Shown here piece by piece: positions 23,301-36,232 of a stretch of DNA of 64,000 nt. The stretch is from Lama guanicoe. Lineage: Eukaryota. The notes beneath the pieces are model-generated. The model searched no databases. It worked only from the letters and a program-made list of their open reading frames with translations, and was not told where the DNA came from. Positions within the stretch are counted from its first letter, which is position 1. Each line of letters begins with the position of its first letter. Location of the stretch: positions 8,467,367-8,531,366 of the forward strand of contig MU054220.1 of NCBI GenBank assembly GCA_013239625.1, read 5' to 3'. A program made the translations under genes and the position numbers.

Positions 23301-26300
23301 TAAGTCATAGAAAGAATAGTGTTTCTAATTTGCCAGGCTGTAGTTTTCCAAGTGGCAAACCAAACAGCTAAGCAATTGGCAATAGCCCAAGAGTCAGTAA
23401 CAATAAAACAAAGTTCATCAAGGGCAGTATTGGCCAGGTATCCAGGTACGTGACCTTGAGCTCTGCCCACTGAGCAGAGCAACCATGTCCATGTTCAGTT
23501 CTGCAGAGCTGGTGCTGAGTTTGAACAGGTGCAGCACCCCAGTGCATTTGAGCAGAGATGAACCATCCGTGAAGAAGGCTCAGGTTTTCAGGAGAGCCTC
23601 TGGGAATCCAGGGCCCCACTGGGCCAGCAGGTTTGCTTCAGCCGTAGAAAGGAGGACAAGGTTTCCCCAAAAGGAGTAACTGAAATTTTTTCATGTAAAG
23701 CCAACAGATGGAGGGGGCCAGGCCAGCATGCTCATAAATATGCCATTTCCATGTTGCAAGTGAGTTGTGGTTGGCCCTTCCCATCTTGATAGTCATTAAG
23801 TCTCAGTTAATTCACACCAACATGGGACTGACATACCAAGGAGACATGACCCATGCCTTGGATCGGGCATTCATTTAACAAGAGCTCAGTAACCAACTAA
23901 CAGCCATTTTCCAAAAATGATGCACCTCTTAGCGGGGCTGAGAGGTGATAAGTCAAAGGCCCGAAGGAGACCTCACGCTGGCGGCTGACACCCTTTGTCA
24001 GGGGCTCCACTCTGCAGAGCCATCTATCACAGAAGCACATTGCCTAAAGTGATCATTAGGGTTGTGAGGCTCCAAATGTCAACAGCACACCGGAGTTTGT
24101 TGAACAGTGGCCAGTGAAGCCTCTGGCTTAGTCTCCACTCAGAGGATGCTGATGTGAGAGACCGAGGAGGATGCCTACAGGAGGCGTACTCATCCAAAAC
24201 CTAAATATCCCACAAGGAGCTGGGTCTCTTTTTTGGTAACATTGTTGGGTGCAGAGAAAGCAATTTTCCTTGAAAGCTAGAGGAACTGACAGTTGTGAAT
24301 CCACCCACATGGATCCAAGAAATTTTACTTGGTAAGTGGGTCTCTGAATTTTTGTCAGGGTTTATCAACCACTCCTGCTGACAGAGGTATGATAACACTG
24401 CAGTCCAAACCTCTGGAGTGAGGTTTCTGACTTGCCAGCTAACAGGGCATCATCTAGATAGTGAAAATTCGGCAGCACAGAATGTAGACAGTCACACTAA
24501 ATCATGACCCAGCCCTGGGTGGGAGAGGGCAGGATTTTTTACATCCCTGAGAGAACATTGCAAATGCATATTACAGGCCTTGTCACATGAATGCAAATGA
24601 GTCTTGGTTCTTGAGTGCCTTTGGAATAGAAAAACAAGTGTTCGCAATATCTAAGATGGTACATGGACAACAGATTCTGTAACAGTGGCAGCGTCTTTAT
24701 AATCACAATATCTGAAACAATTGGAAATATGGGAACAAGAATGGAATTCGTCTGGTTGTCTTCTGTAAGACTCCAGCCCCCGTGAGCTTTACGTACAGGG
24801 CTGTTGTCATGTGATGTTGCGTCTCTCACTGCCTGTGATGCAGTAGGTCCTGAGTCAAGGTTGTGATTTCCTTTTCTCTTCCTCAAATACTGTGTTGTTT
24901 CCAGCTGTGTGAGGATAAGGAGACAGACTGAGGAGTGACTTACGTCTGTCACTAGTGGTACTCCACATGCCACAGTCCCTGGAGGAACAAATCTCTTGGA
25001 TTTATAAGCGTTTCTAGTATAAGCATGCACAACAGCAACAGAAATAGTACGTGAACAATGGAACCACAAATAACATTAAATGGCCCATTTGCCAATGGGC
25101 CGTTTCATCAGCCTTACAAACTAAATCTAGCACAGTATAAGCTTGTATACCAGTCAATGCCTCATTTGTGGTTTCCCAATTTTTTTTCCTCTGTCTTAGG
25201 GAAAGCTCTCTGTGAGAGGGCCAAAGCTTTATTATGGCAGCCAAGACCCACTGCACAAAACAAACACACAAACAACCGCTAAGACATTTGGATTTCACGT
25301 GTGAGTGGATCTGAGGTCGGCATGGTAGACTGCGGGAGATGCTCAGCAGTTGTCTTTCTTTCTTAACAAGCAGCATGCACCTCCATCCCCTTATCTTCCA
25401 AGGATGTCTACCAGCCAAAGGCTTAATCACTGGTCTGGTTTATGAGCACAGGAGTTGCGAATAGCCCTCCTTTCACTGTCAGCTGTAGGTGTGCGTCTTT
25501 TTAAAATATAGCCTACAGTCAGGGTGGGGTCGGGGACAGATAAAGGCTTCTGCCATCAAATGCAAATCTTTGTACTAATTGTCGTAATAGTTACATTTGA
25601 GAATGATTGCTGGATTAGTGAGGAAGTCATTCTACCCAGAGGAGAGTTAGCAGCAATCAGGGCACCATCTGAGCAGTTGTTTTTAACCTACTTCTGGTAC
25701 CCAGTCTGCAAACATCTCACCATTTAACATCTCGCCTCATTAGAAACACACCTGTTAACCAAAGAATTTGATCAACGTGTTTCCTGCCAATTGCAATGTA
25801 CTTCCCTCAAATTGCCTAAATCAGTCTTCTCTTTCCTTTTCCAAGACTCCATGTCTTGTCAACGTCTAATCCTTGTTAACAAACCACAGAGAACTAGAGA
25901 GGATTTGAGATTTTACCCTACTTACCAGATAATGACTAAGTCTGCCACAGTTTCATGGATGCTAGAAGGAAACAGAAGAGTCTTGGATGAGAAGCAAAAG
26001 GACAGTTCCTTAGTCACAGCAACGCTGGACCCGAGCATTAGCATTCGTGCCAGGTCCCCGAGGCCCAGTCCCCACAGGGTGATGCAAGGAGAGTCAAGTG
26101 ACACTTGGGCATGCAGTGGGGTATGTCAGGGCAAAGGAGCCCTGTGCGTAAGGAGCTTGAATCTTAAGTAATGAAACAGTGAGATGTCTGTCCCGGAGGG
26201 AGGCATTTTCTTTACTATATGGACAATGGGCAAACCTGTAATTTGCTGGAGAGGTAGACCCTATCTCTCCTTCCAAGGCTTTTCTATATGCGACATTAAC

Positions 26301-26379
26301 ACGCATTAGTCCACAACGTTAACAGTCAGTACCTCTGCTCACAAAACACATCAGAACGTAAGGGGCTCGTAGACAGCTG

Positions 26380-26775
26380 CTCCCCGACATGTTGGTAAAA
26401 CTGCCTTACCTTAAAAAATGAACATACACCTGTACCTTAAACCAAGGAAATGAAAATATATGTTTACAAATGGCTGGTAAAAAATGGTTATATCAGAATT
26501 ATTCATCACTAACCAAACAACTCAATTATACGTCAACAAGAGAATGGACAATCAGACTGGTATAGTCATGCAACGGAGTACTTCTCAGCAGTAGTTGAAC
26601 TTTAAAAAAATTCTTTAGAGTCAAAAAAGCAAGAATGTGTATACATGGTTCCACTTATATGGATTTCTGGAGCAGACAGAGCTAATCTCTGGTGGTAGAG
26701 ATAAAGTCGGCAGTTGCTAGGAGGTTTAGTCTGGGAGGGAGCATGAAGGAACATACAGAATGATAACCATACCCA
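26380..26775 (+). mobile_element. L1ME-type 3' fragment
   Basis: GTCAACAAGAGAATGGACAA...GGTATAGTCATGCAACGGAGTACTTCTCAGCAGT...GGTTCCACTTATATGGATTTCTGGAGCAGAC. Confidence 0.65.
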
Positions 26776-26864
26776 GAACAAAACTTTATTTTACGATTTC
26801 ATCACAAATTGATGATGTCCGTAAAGAACGTGCCTGCCAACTCTGTTGTGGTTCTCTGCCTGAG

Positions 26865-27075
26865 AGTAACTGTCCAGCACGTGGTTTCACATAACTGCTG
26901 TTTCCTGACTTGTGTGAGGTGTAGGATTCACGGTGATGGGAGCTGGTCAAAAGCGTCATCTTACATTTGAGAAAATACACACAGAGAAACCAAACATAGA
27001 GTTAACAGAAGGGGTAGAATTTTACCCCAGACTTTAGAATCCAAGTTCATAATCTTACTCTGTATATTCCAGTGA
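26865..27075 (-). mobile_element. MIR fragment
   Basis: CTTACATTTGAGAAAATACACACAGAGAAAC...GGGTAGAATTTTACCCCAGAC resembles reverse MIR. Confidence 0.45.
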
Positions 27076-27859
27076 TAGCTACCTATATATTATTAGTCAC
27101 ACTAAAAAGCTAGGACTTCGAGCATCATGCTTTTTCTTTAAATTGTCATACTTACATGAAATTGGTGATACCAAAGCAACAGGAAGGGAAAAAATCCAGT
27201 AGTTTCAATTTAACATGATACTGAATGTTGTCCTTTTTTGGTCTATATTATAACCATTTTATTATCTAGTATATCAGAAAAAGCTTCACCTTTACAATCT
27301 GGACAGTTGTTGTTGTGCCTTGTGAAGTGTGCTGTGTAGATGGAATGGCCATTTTATTTTACAGTAAAAGCTGTGCAGGTGTCCTTCTAAGAACTGGCCT
27401 TGAGTTGAATCCACTGTGAATCATGTTTACTGAGACATTATGTAAATACACATATAAATATATATAATGTTATGTTATATTACATATATGCTGTTGCATA
27501 TATGAGCAATGACTAGTTGATACGAAGGATCTAAGACTTGAAATTTATGGTAGTTGTTTTATCAATACTTAACAAATTATTGAGTTTTGTTTTCATTGCT
27601 CAAGGATCCCTAGATAATAATCATTTATATTCCATTAAAAAAAGTGAGTTCTCAGCCAAATCCTTCTTCCATGTCTCTTTTCACAAGTTCTTCAGATTGG
27701 AGTTATTGAATTTCTACACATAAATGACGATGTATAATCAACTGTTTTCTCTCTCATAATATTGCATTCACGAGCTAGTTGCTGGTGACAGTTTTCATTT
27801 GGAGTTAATCATCTTTTTAATGCTGAGGGAAGGTAGAGTTTTAGTAGGGAGCTAAGTTA

Positions 27860-28070
27860 TGAATTTATTAATAACCTACTCTGTGATGGGTACGTGGCCC
27901 AACCATTAGCTCACTAAATCGTCTCAAAAATATGTAAAGTTAAAACCATTATTACCAATTTTCAGATGAAGTCTGCATATTCAAAAGATTGCCGCAAGCT
28001 GGTAGTTAGGATTTTATCACAATTCTTTTATTGTAAAGCCATTCTTTTCTTTTGGTGCGGTATTGTAGTT
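27860..28070 (-). mobile_element. MIR fragment
   Basis: ATTTATTAATAACCTACTCTGTG...CATTATTACCAATTTTCAGATGAAG. Confidence 0.55.
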
Positions 28071-30218
28071 TGTATTTCGCATCCCTGCCACCACAATTTT
28101 TCCAAGTAGTGGGAAAAAAAAAATATATATATATATATATTTCCTAGAGAAGATCTTCACATCAAAAACTTCACATCATTCAGGAGTCTAGCCAGGGCTA
28201 ACATGAACATGTACAAATCCACAACTGCCTGTACTACAGGTCTGTGCAAAATGCTGACATCATTTCAGATTTTGATTAAAATCATCGCTGTCTTGTAGAA
28301 TAGGCAAGGGACTATTTCTTTTCAAGACCTGATTATTTACTCAGTGTCTCCCAACTGTTTAAGTTTCCTTAACTAATCATAACGAATCTAATATGCATTG
28401 AAAATCTATTTAGTGTCAGCTGTTTTGCAGAACAATGTACATATTTTATCCCCAAATTCTCACAATTTATACGAAGTATAATTTGTCTATAGTTGCTTTT
28501 TATGTGCTTCAAAGAGTTTAAGTAACCTCCTCAAGTTTGTAGATAAATCAAAGGCTTTAAGGCACTGGAACTCACTTAATAACTAGTAACAAAAGAGAGA
28601 GTCAATTTCACAAGGGTCACAGAAGGCCTGCTCCTTCCATGTAACAGCTTTGCTCTAGCTGATTACCAGCAACTGACCTTGCCTTTTGCCTTACTTTTAT
28701 AAACTAGAGGCCTATTCATTCTGGCATTTGCTTCCACTTAAGCATCTCACAGATACCAGCAATGCAGTGATTTGACAATGGGAGGAAGACCTAAGGAATG
28801 TCATTACAGTTCTACCAGTTTCGCTGCGTATTAATTTTTGTTAATTTAAATATCAGTGTAAGTAGGATATTTGACATAATTGTCATGCTAATATCGTATC
28901 CTTAAGTATCCCTTTAACTGCTTAAATGGTGTATGTATTTGGATCTGATATTTTATTTACTGAGGCTGATTGCTTAGTCTATTAGCAGATAAATATTGAC
29001 AGATGTCTCAGGAAGATAATGAGTAAAGGCATTTCTGAAGTTTGTAGCAATTTCGTGTTAAGCCATTTAAATATTCAGTCTTAACTACCCTACAGAGATA
29101 GAAGAAATGAAAGCAAGATGTCTTTTTTTTAATCCATATAATTACTTTTTCATGTCTATATAATTACTTTCTTTAAAAATTACCACTAGAAGGGAAAAAA
29201 GGGAGCTATCAAAATCACCAACAAAACCTTTGTGACATTTAAATAATTCAAAGTTAAAAATTGCTCAAATGTCAACATCAAGACAATTTCGCAGTAACTT
29301 TGAAAGTAAAGCATTTTCATTATAGAATAATTGGAAGATAAATACAAAAAGCTGGATAAAAATAGCTATCGTTCTACAACTGTTACCCAAGGTCAAACAA
29401 AGGATATATTTGATTATATTTACTGTTGGCCTTTTGTTTTCTTAAGGTAGAAAACATTTTTTTCATTAAAAAATGAAAATGATGATTACTCAATATATGG
29501 AATTTAAAATCCTCTATGTTTTACATAAATCATAAATTGACTATACCTTAAACGTGAAAGCTTTTAAAATTTTCAGGATTCTTGAACAACATGCCTCTAT
29601 ATTCTGATTTCATTATAATACTGAGATAGCAAGTATACTTGTATCACTGAAAAAAATGATTGCTTACAAATGAATGTTTATTTTCAACGTCTAGGTCCTA
29701 AGACTATTGGCATATACATTTCAAGTTACAATGTATTTATCTGCAGACAAGAAAAAAAATACTGCTGATTTTCCCAGAGGTAGTTGAGACACTTATTCCC
29801 TGAGATTCTTAAAAGGAATAATGCTAGTTTTACTGTGTGCTGATGCTGAGGAAAGAAAGAGACTAAAACAAGTTAAGCAACCACCTGGAATTGGTTGGTA
29901 ATGGGCTGTGTAATTTTTCCCTGTGCAGCGCCTACTTGCAAAGTTCATTTCACTTAAGGGCAGTCTGGAGTGGCACACTGAGGTATTCCCAATGCCAGCA
30001 GTGCCCCTCCCTGCCCTAGATGTGATCCCCAGTGTGAATTATACGATCTGAATGTGAAATTGGGTTTGTCTATATACTTTGAAATGAATGAGCTGAACAG
30101 CGTTCCAGATGTAATGCCTATAGATTTAGCCATCCATTCAACAGATACCTACAGAGATGCTTCTATATTCAAGGCAGGGTGCAGATCTCTCAAGATATAA
30201 AGATGAACAAGAGAAATA

Positions 30219-30523
30219 CAGTCGTCCCTCAGAATCCACAGTGAGACGGTTCCAGGACCCTCATGAATGCCAAAAATCCACAGATGCTCAAGTCCCTTAA
30301 ATGAAATTTGCATGCTATCTACGCACGTCCTCCCATATACTTTAAATCATCTCTAGATTGCCTCTAACACCTAATACAATGTGAATGCTATGTAAATAGT
30401 TGCCGGTGCATTGCAATTCAAGTTTGCCTTTTGGGAATTTCTGGAATTTTCTTTCCTAATATTTTTGATCTGTGGTTTGTTAAATCCATGGGTGTGGAGC
30501 CCGGTGATATGGAGGGCTGACTG
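30219..30523 (+). mobile_element. MER2B (Tigger/TcMar MITE) with TA target-site duplication, inserted in an L2 tail
   Basis: TA|CAGTCGTCCCTC...GAGGGCTGACTG|TA terminal inverted repeats; internal TCCTCCCATATACTTTAAATCATCTCTAGATT; L2 tail CATCCATTCAACAGATA at about 30131. Confidence 0.9.
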
Positions 30524-30742
30524 TACCCTTTTGTCATCACAATTGAGACTGATTAAAATGGGATCTGTGGATTGTTAAATCCATGGGTGTGGAGCCCGGT
30601 GATATGGAGGGCTGACTGTACCCTTTTGTCATCACAATTGAGACTGATTAAAATGGGATCTGTGGATTGTTAAATCCATGGGTGTGGAGCCCGGTGATAT
30701 GGAGGGCTGACTGTACCCTTTTGTCATCACAATTGAGACTGA
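30467..30742 (+). repeat. Tandem repeat, 95-bp period, about 2.9 copies
   Basis: Units start GATCTGTGG at 30467, 30562 and 30657; 86-bp core plus 9-bp TTAAAATGG junction; one substitution in copy 1. Confidence 0.97.
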
Positions 30743-31448
30743 CCAACCTGTGTTGTTTTTGGTGGTGACTTTCCTTTCCCATCTCCTTTATGAGCTAAGT
30801 GAAGGAAACTCCTGTTAGAATCACCTGTGCTCTCTCCTTTAAAGGAGTAAATTACTCTGGGTTTTCTTAAAAGTAACCACGGCATTAGCGTTCCCTGGAG
30901 GCAGAAATATTTTCTTTAGGAGGAGGTTGAGTAGTCCCCAATTCCAGAAAAGGAAATGTTATCAGACCCTTTGCATTTTGAGAGGCTGCCACCTGGGCGG
31001 ATTTCTGGAGTGGGAAGGATTTCCTTAGTTCTGGACCCGTGGCAAAACTTAAACTAATTTCGCGTTCAAAGGGGGCTTCTAGGAGGAGATGAAGACAAAG
31101 CTTCTGACAACGGGTCGGTATTAGGTTGATTGTAAAGCTGAAGTTTTTTGAAGGCCTGGGATTTAGAGAAAAAGCAAGGCAGCTTCAGTAAACAAGATGT
31201 AGTTTTTGTGTCATCAGTGCTGAAAGCTGAGTGGCTAGAATTATACGCTGAAAAGACAGCCACTGAAGCAAGAACATACACAAACAATTTTACAAAGCAT
31301 TTAGCAAGGGTATATCAACCACAATGGTCATTTTAACTTGATGCTCATTGGAAGAATGGAAATATACATTATTTTTTATCAAAAGTATTATAATGAAGAA
31401 AATGTATCCAAAAAAGGAAAAATGATCCACATATTGTGAAGCCAATTA

Positions 31449-31641
31449 CAGTTGACCCTCGAAAAATGTGGATTTGAACTACAGGGGTCCACTTACACGC
31501 AGATTTTTTTTTTCAGTAGTAAATACTACAGTATGGTCCGTGGTCCCTGGTGGGTTGAATCTCTGTGGAGAAACCTTGGACACAGAGGGCTGACTATAAG
31601 CTATATTTCGATGAACCCCTGTATTGTTCAAGGGTCAACTG
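31449..31641 (+). mobile_element. Tigger2-family MITE with TA target-site duplication
   Basis: TA|CAGTTGACCCTCGAA...TTCAAGGGTCAACTG|TA terminal inverted repeats; GGTCCACTTACACGCAGATTTT motif. Confidence 0.9.
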
Positions 31642-31899
31642 TATTTTTATTTTGCCATATTTCTTTTCTTTTGTAATTTTGGCTGAAGAAGTTGGTGGTC
31701 TGGTTTTTGTTTTGTTTTGTTGTTGTTGTTGGAATTTGCAGAGCAGATCTTCCAAGATGTTTCAGCAGTTCACGGCGCTTATCTTCGTTGATGGATCCGC
31801 ATCATCTGACATCGCTGCTCGCTGCCTCTGCCGTGCTAGTCTTGCTTTTCTTGGCATGCAGGTCAGCATTTGCTTTGGGTTTTCCTTCTTTGTACTGAC

Positions 31900-33230
31900 T
31901 GACTGCTTTTTCTCAATACCCTTAGCTAGGTCCTCCACTTTCCCCTAATATCCTAGATTATAGTAACCCGCAGTTTGGTCTTTGGTATCTTGTCCATCTT
32001 GACTCATTCTCCTGTTGCCGTAACTAATTATCACATACGTAAATACTATCAGCATGCTGAACACTCCCTGAGTGTGAATCTCAGCTCCCTCCTAAATTTC
32101 CAAGTCATATATCAAACTGCTTACTTGATTTTTCCACTACGATATCCAACAGACATTTCAAACTTAACTCATTTAAAGTTTAACTCTCTTTTTTATTTTT
32201 TTTTTGAAGGGGGAGGTAGGTTTTATGTATGTGTGTATGTATGTATTTAAATTTTTAGAGGAGGTGCTAGGGATTGAACCCAGGACCGTGCTCATGCTAA
32301 GCCTGCGCTCTACCACTTGAGCTATACCCTCCCCCTTTAAAGTTTAACTCTTGATGTTCCCCCTTCAAAACCTACTCTACCCTTAGCCTTCCCAGTTCAC
32401 CAATGGCAACTCAACTTTCTATTTGCTCCCATCACAAACCTGGGGATCATCACCCTTCTCTTATCAGACATCTGATGTATGAGAAACTTTTAGTGATATT
32501 GACCTCGTATCACTAGCTTCTTAGGTTCCCAGCTTCCACTATTACCATTCCCTCACGCACACAGAGCATCCAGAGTGACCTTTTTAACACTGCAGGTCAA
32601 GTCTTGTCATTCTGCTCCTCAAAACATTGCAATGGGTCCTCATTCCAAAGTCAGAATCAAAATTATCATTATGGTCATTTAGCTCCCTATGATCTGCACT
32701 GTATTCTCTCTCTCTTTTCCTAATCTACTCTGTTCTACTACTATTTATTTTGTTATCTTAAAGCTGAACACTCAACAACACTGTCCATTTTGATGTTCCA
32801 TGAACATATATCCTATTTGGGATATTTTGTGTTGGTTTAACTGTTCTTCTACCTTTAACAATTTGTATTTCCCAGAAAGTTTCATGGCTAACTCACATAT
32901 TTCAAGACAGTTTTCAGTATACTACCTTATTAATAAGGCCTTTATGACTTTCCACCCTCCTACTCCCACTTCCCAGTCAATACACACACACACACACACA
33001 GACTTGACTTTTTTTTTCCTACTGTATTTTTCCCCCTAAGGGTTTTCTCCTACCAATATACTACATAATTTATTTATTGTATTTATTATATATTATTGGT
33101 CTCCATTTTCTCTGTAAGTTCTAATATGATCATTGTTTTTGCTTATTCTGTTAGTAATATACAGTGGGGTCCTAGAACACTGCCTAGCACAAAGACTGTT
33201 CAAAGTATTTGTTGCACAAATGGATGGAGT
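31900..33230 (+). mobile_element. L2 (L2a-like) 3' portion, about 1.2 kb, interrupted by a SINE
   Basis: ATATCAAACTGCTTACTTGA...AGACATTTCAAACTTAAC; CAGAGCATCCAGAGTGACCTTTTTAA; ends CCTAGAACACTGCCTAGCAC...GTATTTGTTGCACAAATGGATGG. Confidence 0.8.
32188..32335 (-). mobile_element. tRNA-derived SINE (camelid vic-1 type), full length, 16-bp TSD
   Basis: Reverse complement GGGGGAGGGTATAGCTCAAGTGGTAGAGCGC...GGTCCTGGGTTCAATCCCTAGCACCTCC...polyA, with Pol III A and B boxes; TSD TTTAAAGTTTAACTCT at 32172-32187 and 32336-32351. Confidence 0.92.
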
Positions 33231-34589
33231 GGTGATAGCTTATAAATTAGGACCAGAATTGTAATGCAGATCACACTGTGATATTTTCTTTTCCCACATG
33301 TCAAAAGGAAAATACATCTGGAAAAAGAAAAAGTGTTTATGTTGAGGGATAAGAATAAATGAGGCTTACTTGGCTTTTAGATTTGTTTATGCTGGGATGA
33401 CCCCAGCTCCACGAAAGCATCTGTGTTCTTTTTTTGCATTCACTCCTACACAAGCTCTCTGTGTGGCAGCCCTTGCCCTTGTCATGGTTTATCAAAACTG
33501 TAATTTGACTTCTATATTTAACAGCTTGGAAATTGATTGTGTGAATAGAAATTCACTTCACAGAAAAGTTAGGAGGGCCATACAGTTTTTGTTGAGTGAG
33601 AAACATCTTTATGCATGTTATAGGTTGATACCTGATTGTGGCTCTTTGTCAGAGCTCCTGAGAATTTAACCTCTTTTTTTCTTTCTCTCAAATTGGAAAG
33701 GGGATAATGGTAAGTATGCTCTCACAGCCAGGGTGTTTTGAGGTACTTTAAAATTATTCAGAATAGTTAAAGAGGAAAAACAGATTCAGAGCTATAATGT
33801 CATCGGTGTGTTCTTTAGCCAGCCTCTCTGTGCCTCACAGGAACAGAGTTTCAGCGAAGTCACTTGGCACGTTGGTATGTTTGAGTTCATAGCTGATGGC
33901 TTTGGGCTCTGCTCTCACTTGATCTATGTGTAATAAGCCCCAGTTTACCAACTGATGAAGGACTTAATAGAAAAAGGGAGATCAAGTGCCAACTTAACCA
34001 AATCAAGCAGCTACCCACAGAGAAAAAAGCACTTTTCTTTTTAAGTCTAATTTGGGTTCTCTATAGAAAAAAAATTGAGTGAGAATCTTTTCTCATTGCT
34101 CTCAGCTCAAGAAAGAAATAAATGCCAAGTAGCAACAATTTTCCTTAATTTTTTTTCCTTTCTTTACATTGAATGAGTGAAAATTACCCAATTTGTACAT
34201 CTATTACAAGTTGCTTTAGTGATTCCCAGAGAAGTAAGCTGTATTCCTTTCTCTACACTGCTGCACAGTATTTCAAGGCAATATAGATGGATCAAGTGAA
34301 GATCTTTGCTGAAAGCATCTGCATCTGTGACAGCTCACAGACGTAGCTCTCTGCTTATACATGTACACATGGAATTAATTTTGACAGACTAATTAGAGTT
34401 ATTTGGCTAAATGAAAAGTAGTATTCCATGCTCCGGGGAGGGGGGAAATCATGTCTTTGTCCAGCCCATTATTTTACAGAGAAGAAAGTGGATCTATAGC
34501 TAGCCCAGTATACCTGGAAAAATGAGCGTAAGAGCTCTGTAGTGATACACAATCAGCTTACGTCTACCCCTTTCCTGATAACAAAGGGG

Positions 34590-34920
34590 ATGTCATAGCA
34601 CAGTAAAGGAGCGTGAACTTTGGTAATCGGAGTGTGAAAGATTTATGTCACTATTTTCCAATTTATTCACTGTGAGGCATTGGTAAGTTACTGAAAATCT
34701 CCCAGTCTCATCAATAAAATTAAAACATCAATCCCTGTTTCTCAGGATATGGCACATAACTTCAATAAAAATAACAGCAACAGCAACAACAACAACAATA
34801 ATAATAAAATTATAACATATTTCAGGCACTCAATAATGTGGCTTACATGTAGAAATGTCCCAACAACTCTACAACTATAGTGCTATTAATGCTCCCTTTT
34901 TACAGATGATTAGCTAATCA
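34590..34920. mobile_element. Two MIR fragments in opposite orientation with a (CAA/TAA)n tract between them
   Basis: + head CATAGCACAGTAAAGGAGCGTGAACTTTGG; - core CCCTTTTTACAGATGA. Confidence 0.55.
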
Positions 34921-35977
34921 TGAAATTAAGCCATTTAAAACAGTGTAAAGTTCCTGATTGTCTAAGAATTTAAAATTTTCATGTCATCATCGCCATCATT
35001 ATATTCATTGTCATAATTATTCATATTTTATTAATTACTGCTAATATTATCACTCATAATATATTCATATTATTTTATTAATGTTCATATTGTTATTAAA
35101 CTATTGAGATATGTTTGTTCCATTTACACACTCTTATACTGTCTGACTCTGGGCATTAGAGCTGAAAATTGTGGATTTGGAGAGCAAGTCTCCACTTACA
35201 TCAAAGGTTCTATTATAACAAGTACAAAATCTATAACCTATTTATTATTAAATAAACCTTGGTTTTAGCTTATAAGGCTCCTTATAATGTTTAATCTCCA
35301 GGGCTTATTCTTTGAATAATATGTGACTCGCGATACCTACCGATGCTCGATGTTACGCAAAACACTGATGCACACACACCTTTTGTTTCCATTTCGACCA
35401 ACTACAATGTTTCCCGTTCGTAGTGTAGGGAGTATTGATGCCGCACAGTGAAATGACTACTATAGATTTGTTCCAGTTCTCTTGGGTCCCACATGTTCAC
35501 AGTGAACACAGGGCTGTGCTGGATGCTAAGTCCTAGGACCTTTTTTGTAGGTTTCCTCTTCCCTGTCAATCATCTGTAATGGATCATAGATGGTAGATCT
35601 GATGGTAGAGAAGAGGAAAACTTAAATTCTCCATGTAGACATTCTTAGTCGTTCATTTGGTAAACAGTGAAAGAGTGCATGAGGGAAAAATCTTACTTTC
35701 ATTATGACTCTCCTTCTTAAACAAGGGCACTACATCTTTAGGCTTGAAGCTGCTCATCGTTTAGGACCATCGAAAGCATATAGAGTGATCAGGGCAAAAA
35801 AGGACTGATGAAATGCTGCTTAACTTCCAAGTGACGTGTCTGTCTAAGTGGTGAATAAAGCTCTGTTTCACACGATTTTACACTTGTTGTTAGTCTATAT
35901 TTCAGTTATGCCTTGTTTTCCTTAAAAGGATACATTTGGTTTATAATTCCCGAAGCTAACAGCTATTGGAGACAGAC

Positions 35978-36232
35978 ATTTATTTTATTTTATTTCATTT
36001 TACTTTAATTGAAGTATAGTCAGTTACAATGGGTCAATTTCTGGTGTACAGCATAATGTCCCAGTCATGCGTATATGTACATATATTCATTTTCATAGTC
36101 TTTTTCAGTAAAGGTTATTACAAGATATTGAATATAGTATCCCTGTCCTATACAAAAGAAATTTGGTTTTTTATCTATTTTTATATATAGTGGTTAACAT
36201 TTGCAAATCTCAGACACCCAAATTTATCCCTA
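35978..36232 (-). mobile_element. Young L1 3' end, 5'-truncated
   Basis: (TTTTA)n tail then AATTGAAGTATAGTCAGTTACAATG...GGTTATTACAAGATATTGAATATAGT; similar to 47670-48120. Confidence 0.85.

Noticed and set aside
25082..25101. Hairpin GGCCCATT-TGCC-AATGGGCC as a miRNA or terminator
   Set aside because: An 8-bp stem is too short for a pre-miRNA and is expected by chance in 64 kb.
24539..25430. Longest ORFs (176 and 138 aa, minus strand) and a possible 35-nt minus-strand exon at 24944-24978 (TTCCTCCAG...GTAAGT)
   Set aside because: No recognisable homology, the exon is not frame-preserving, and I found no neighbouring exons. A lncRNA exon cannot be excluded without RNA data.
30467..30742. CRISPR-like repeat-spacer array
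   Set aside because: The 9-bp spacers are identical, the repeats are 86 bp and transposon-derived, there are no cas genes, and the context is eukaryotic.
32260..32335. tRNA gene (Ala-like)
   Set aside because: It has a SINE body, polyA tail and 16-bp TSD, so it is a SINE head and not a tRNA gene.
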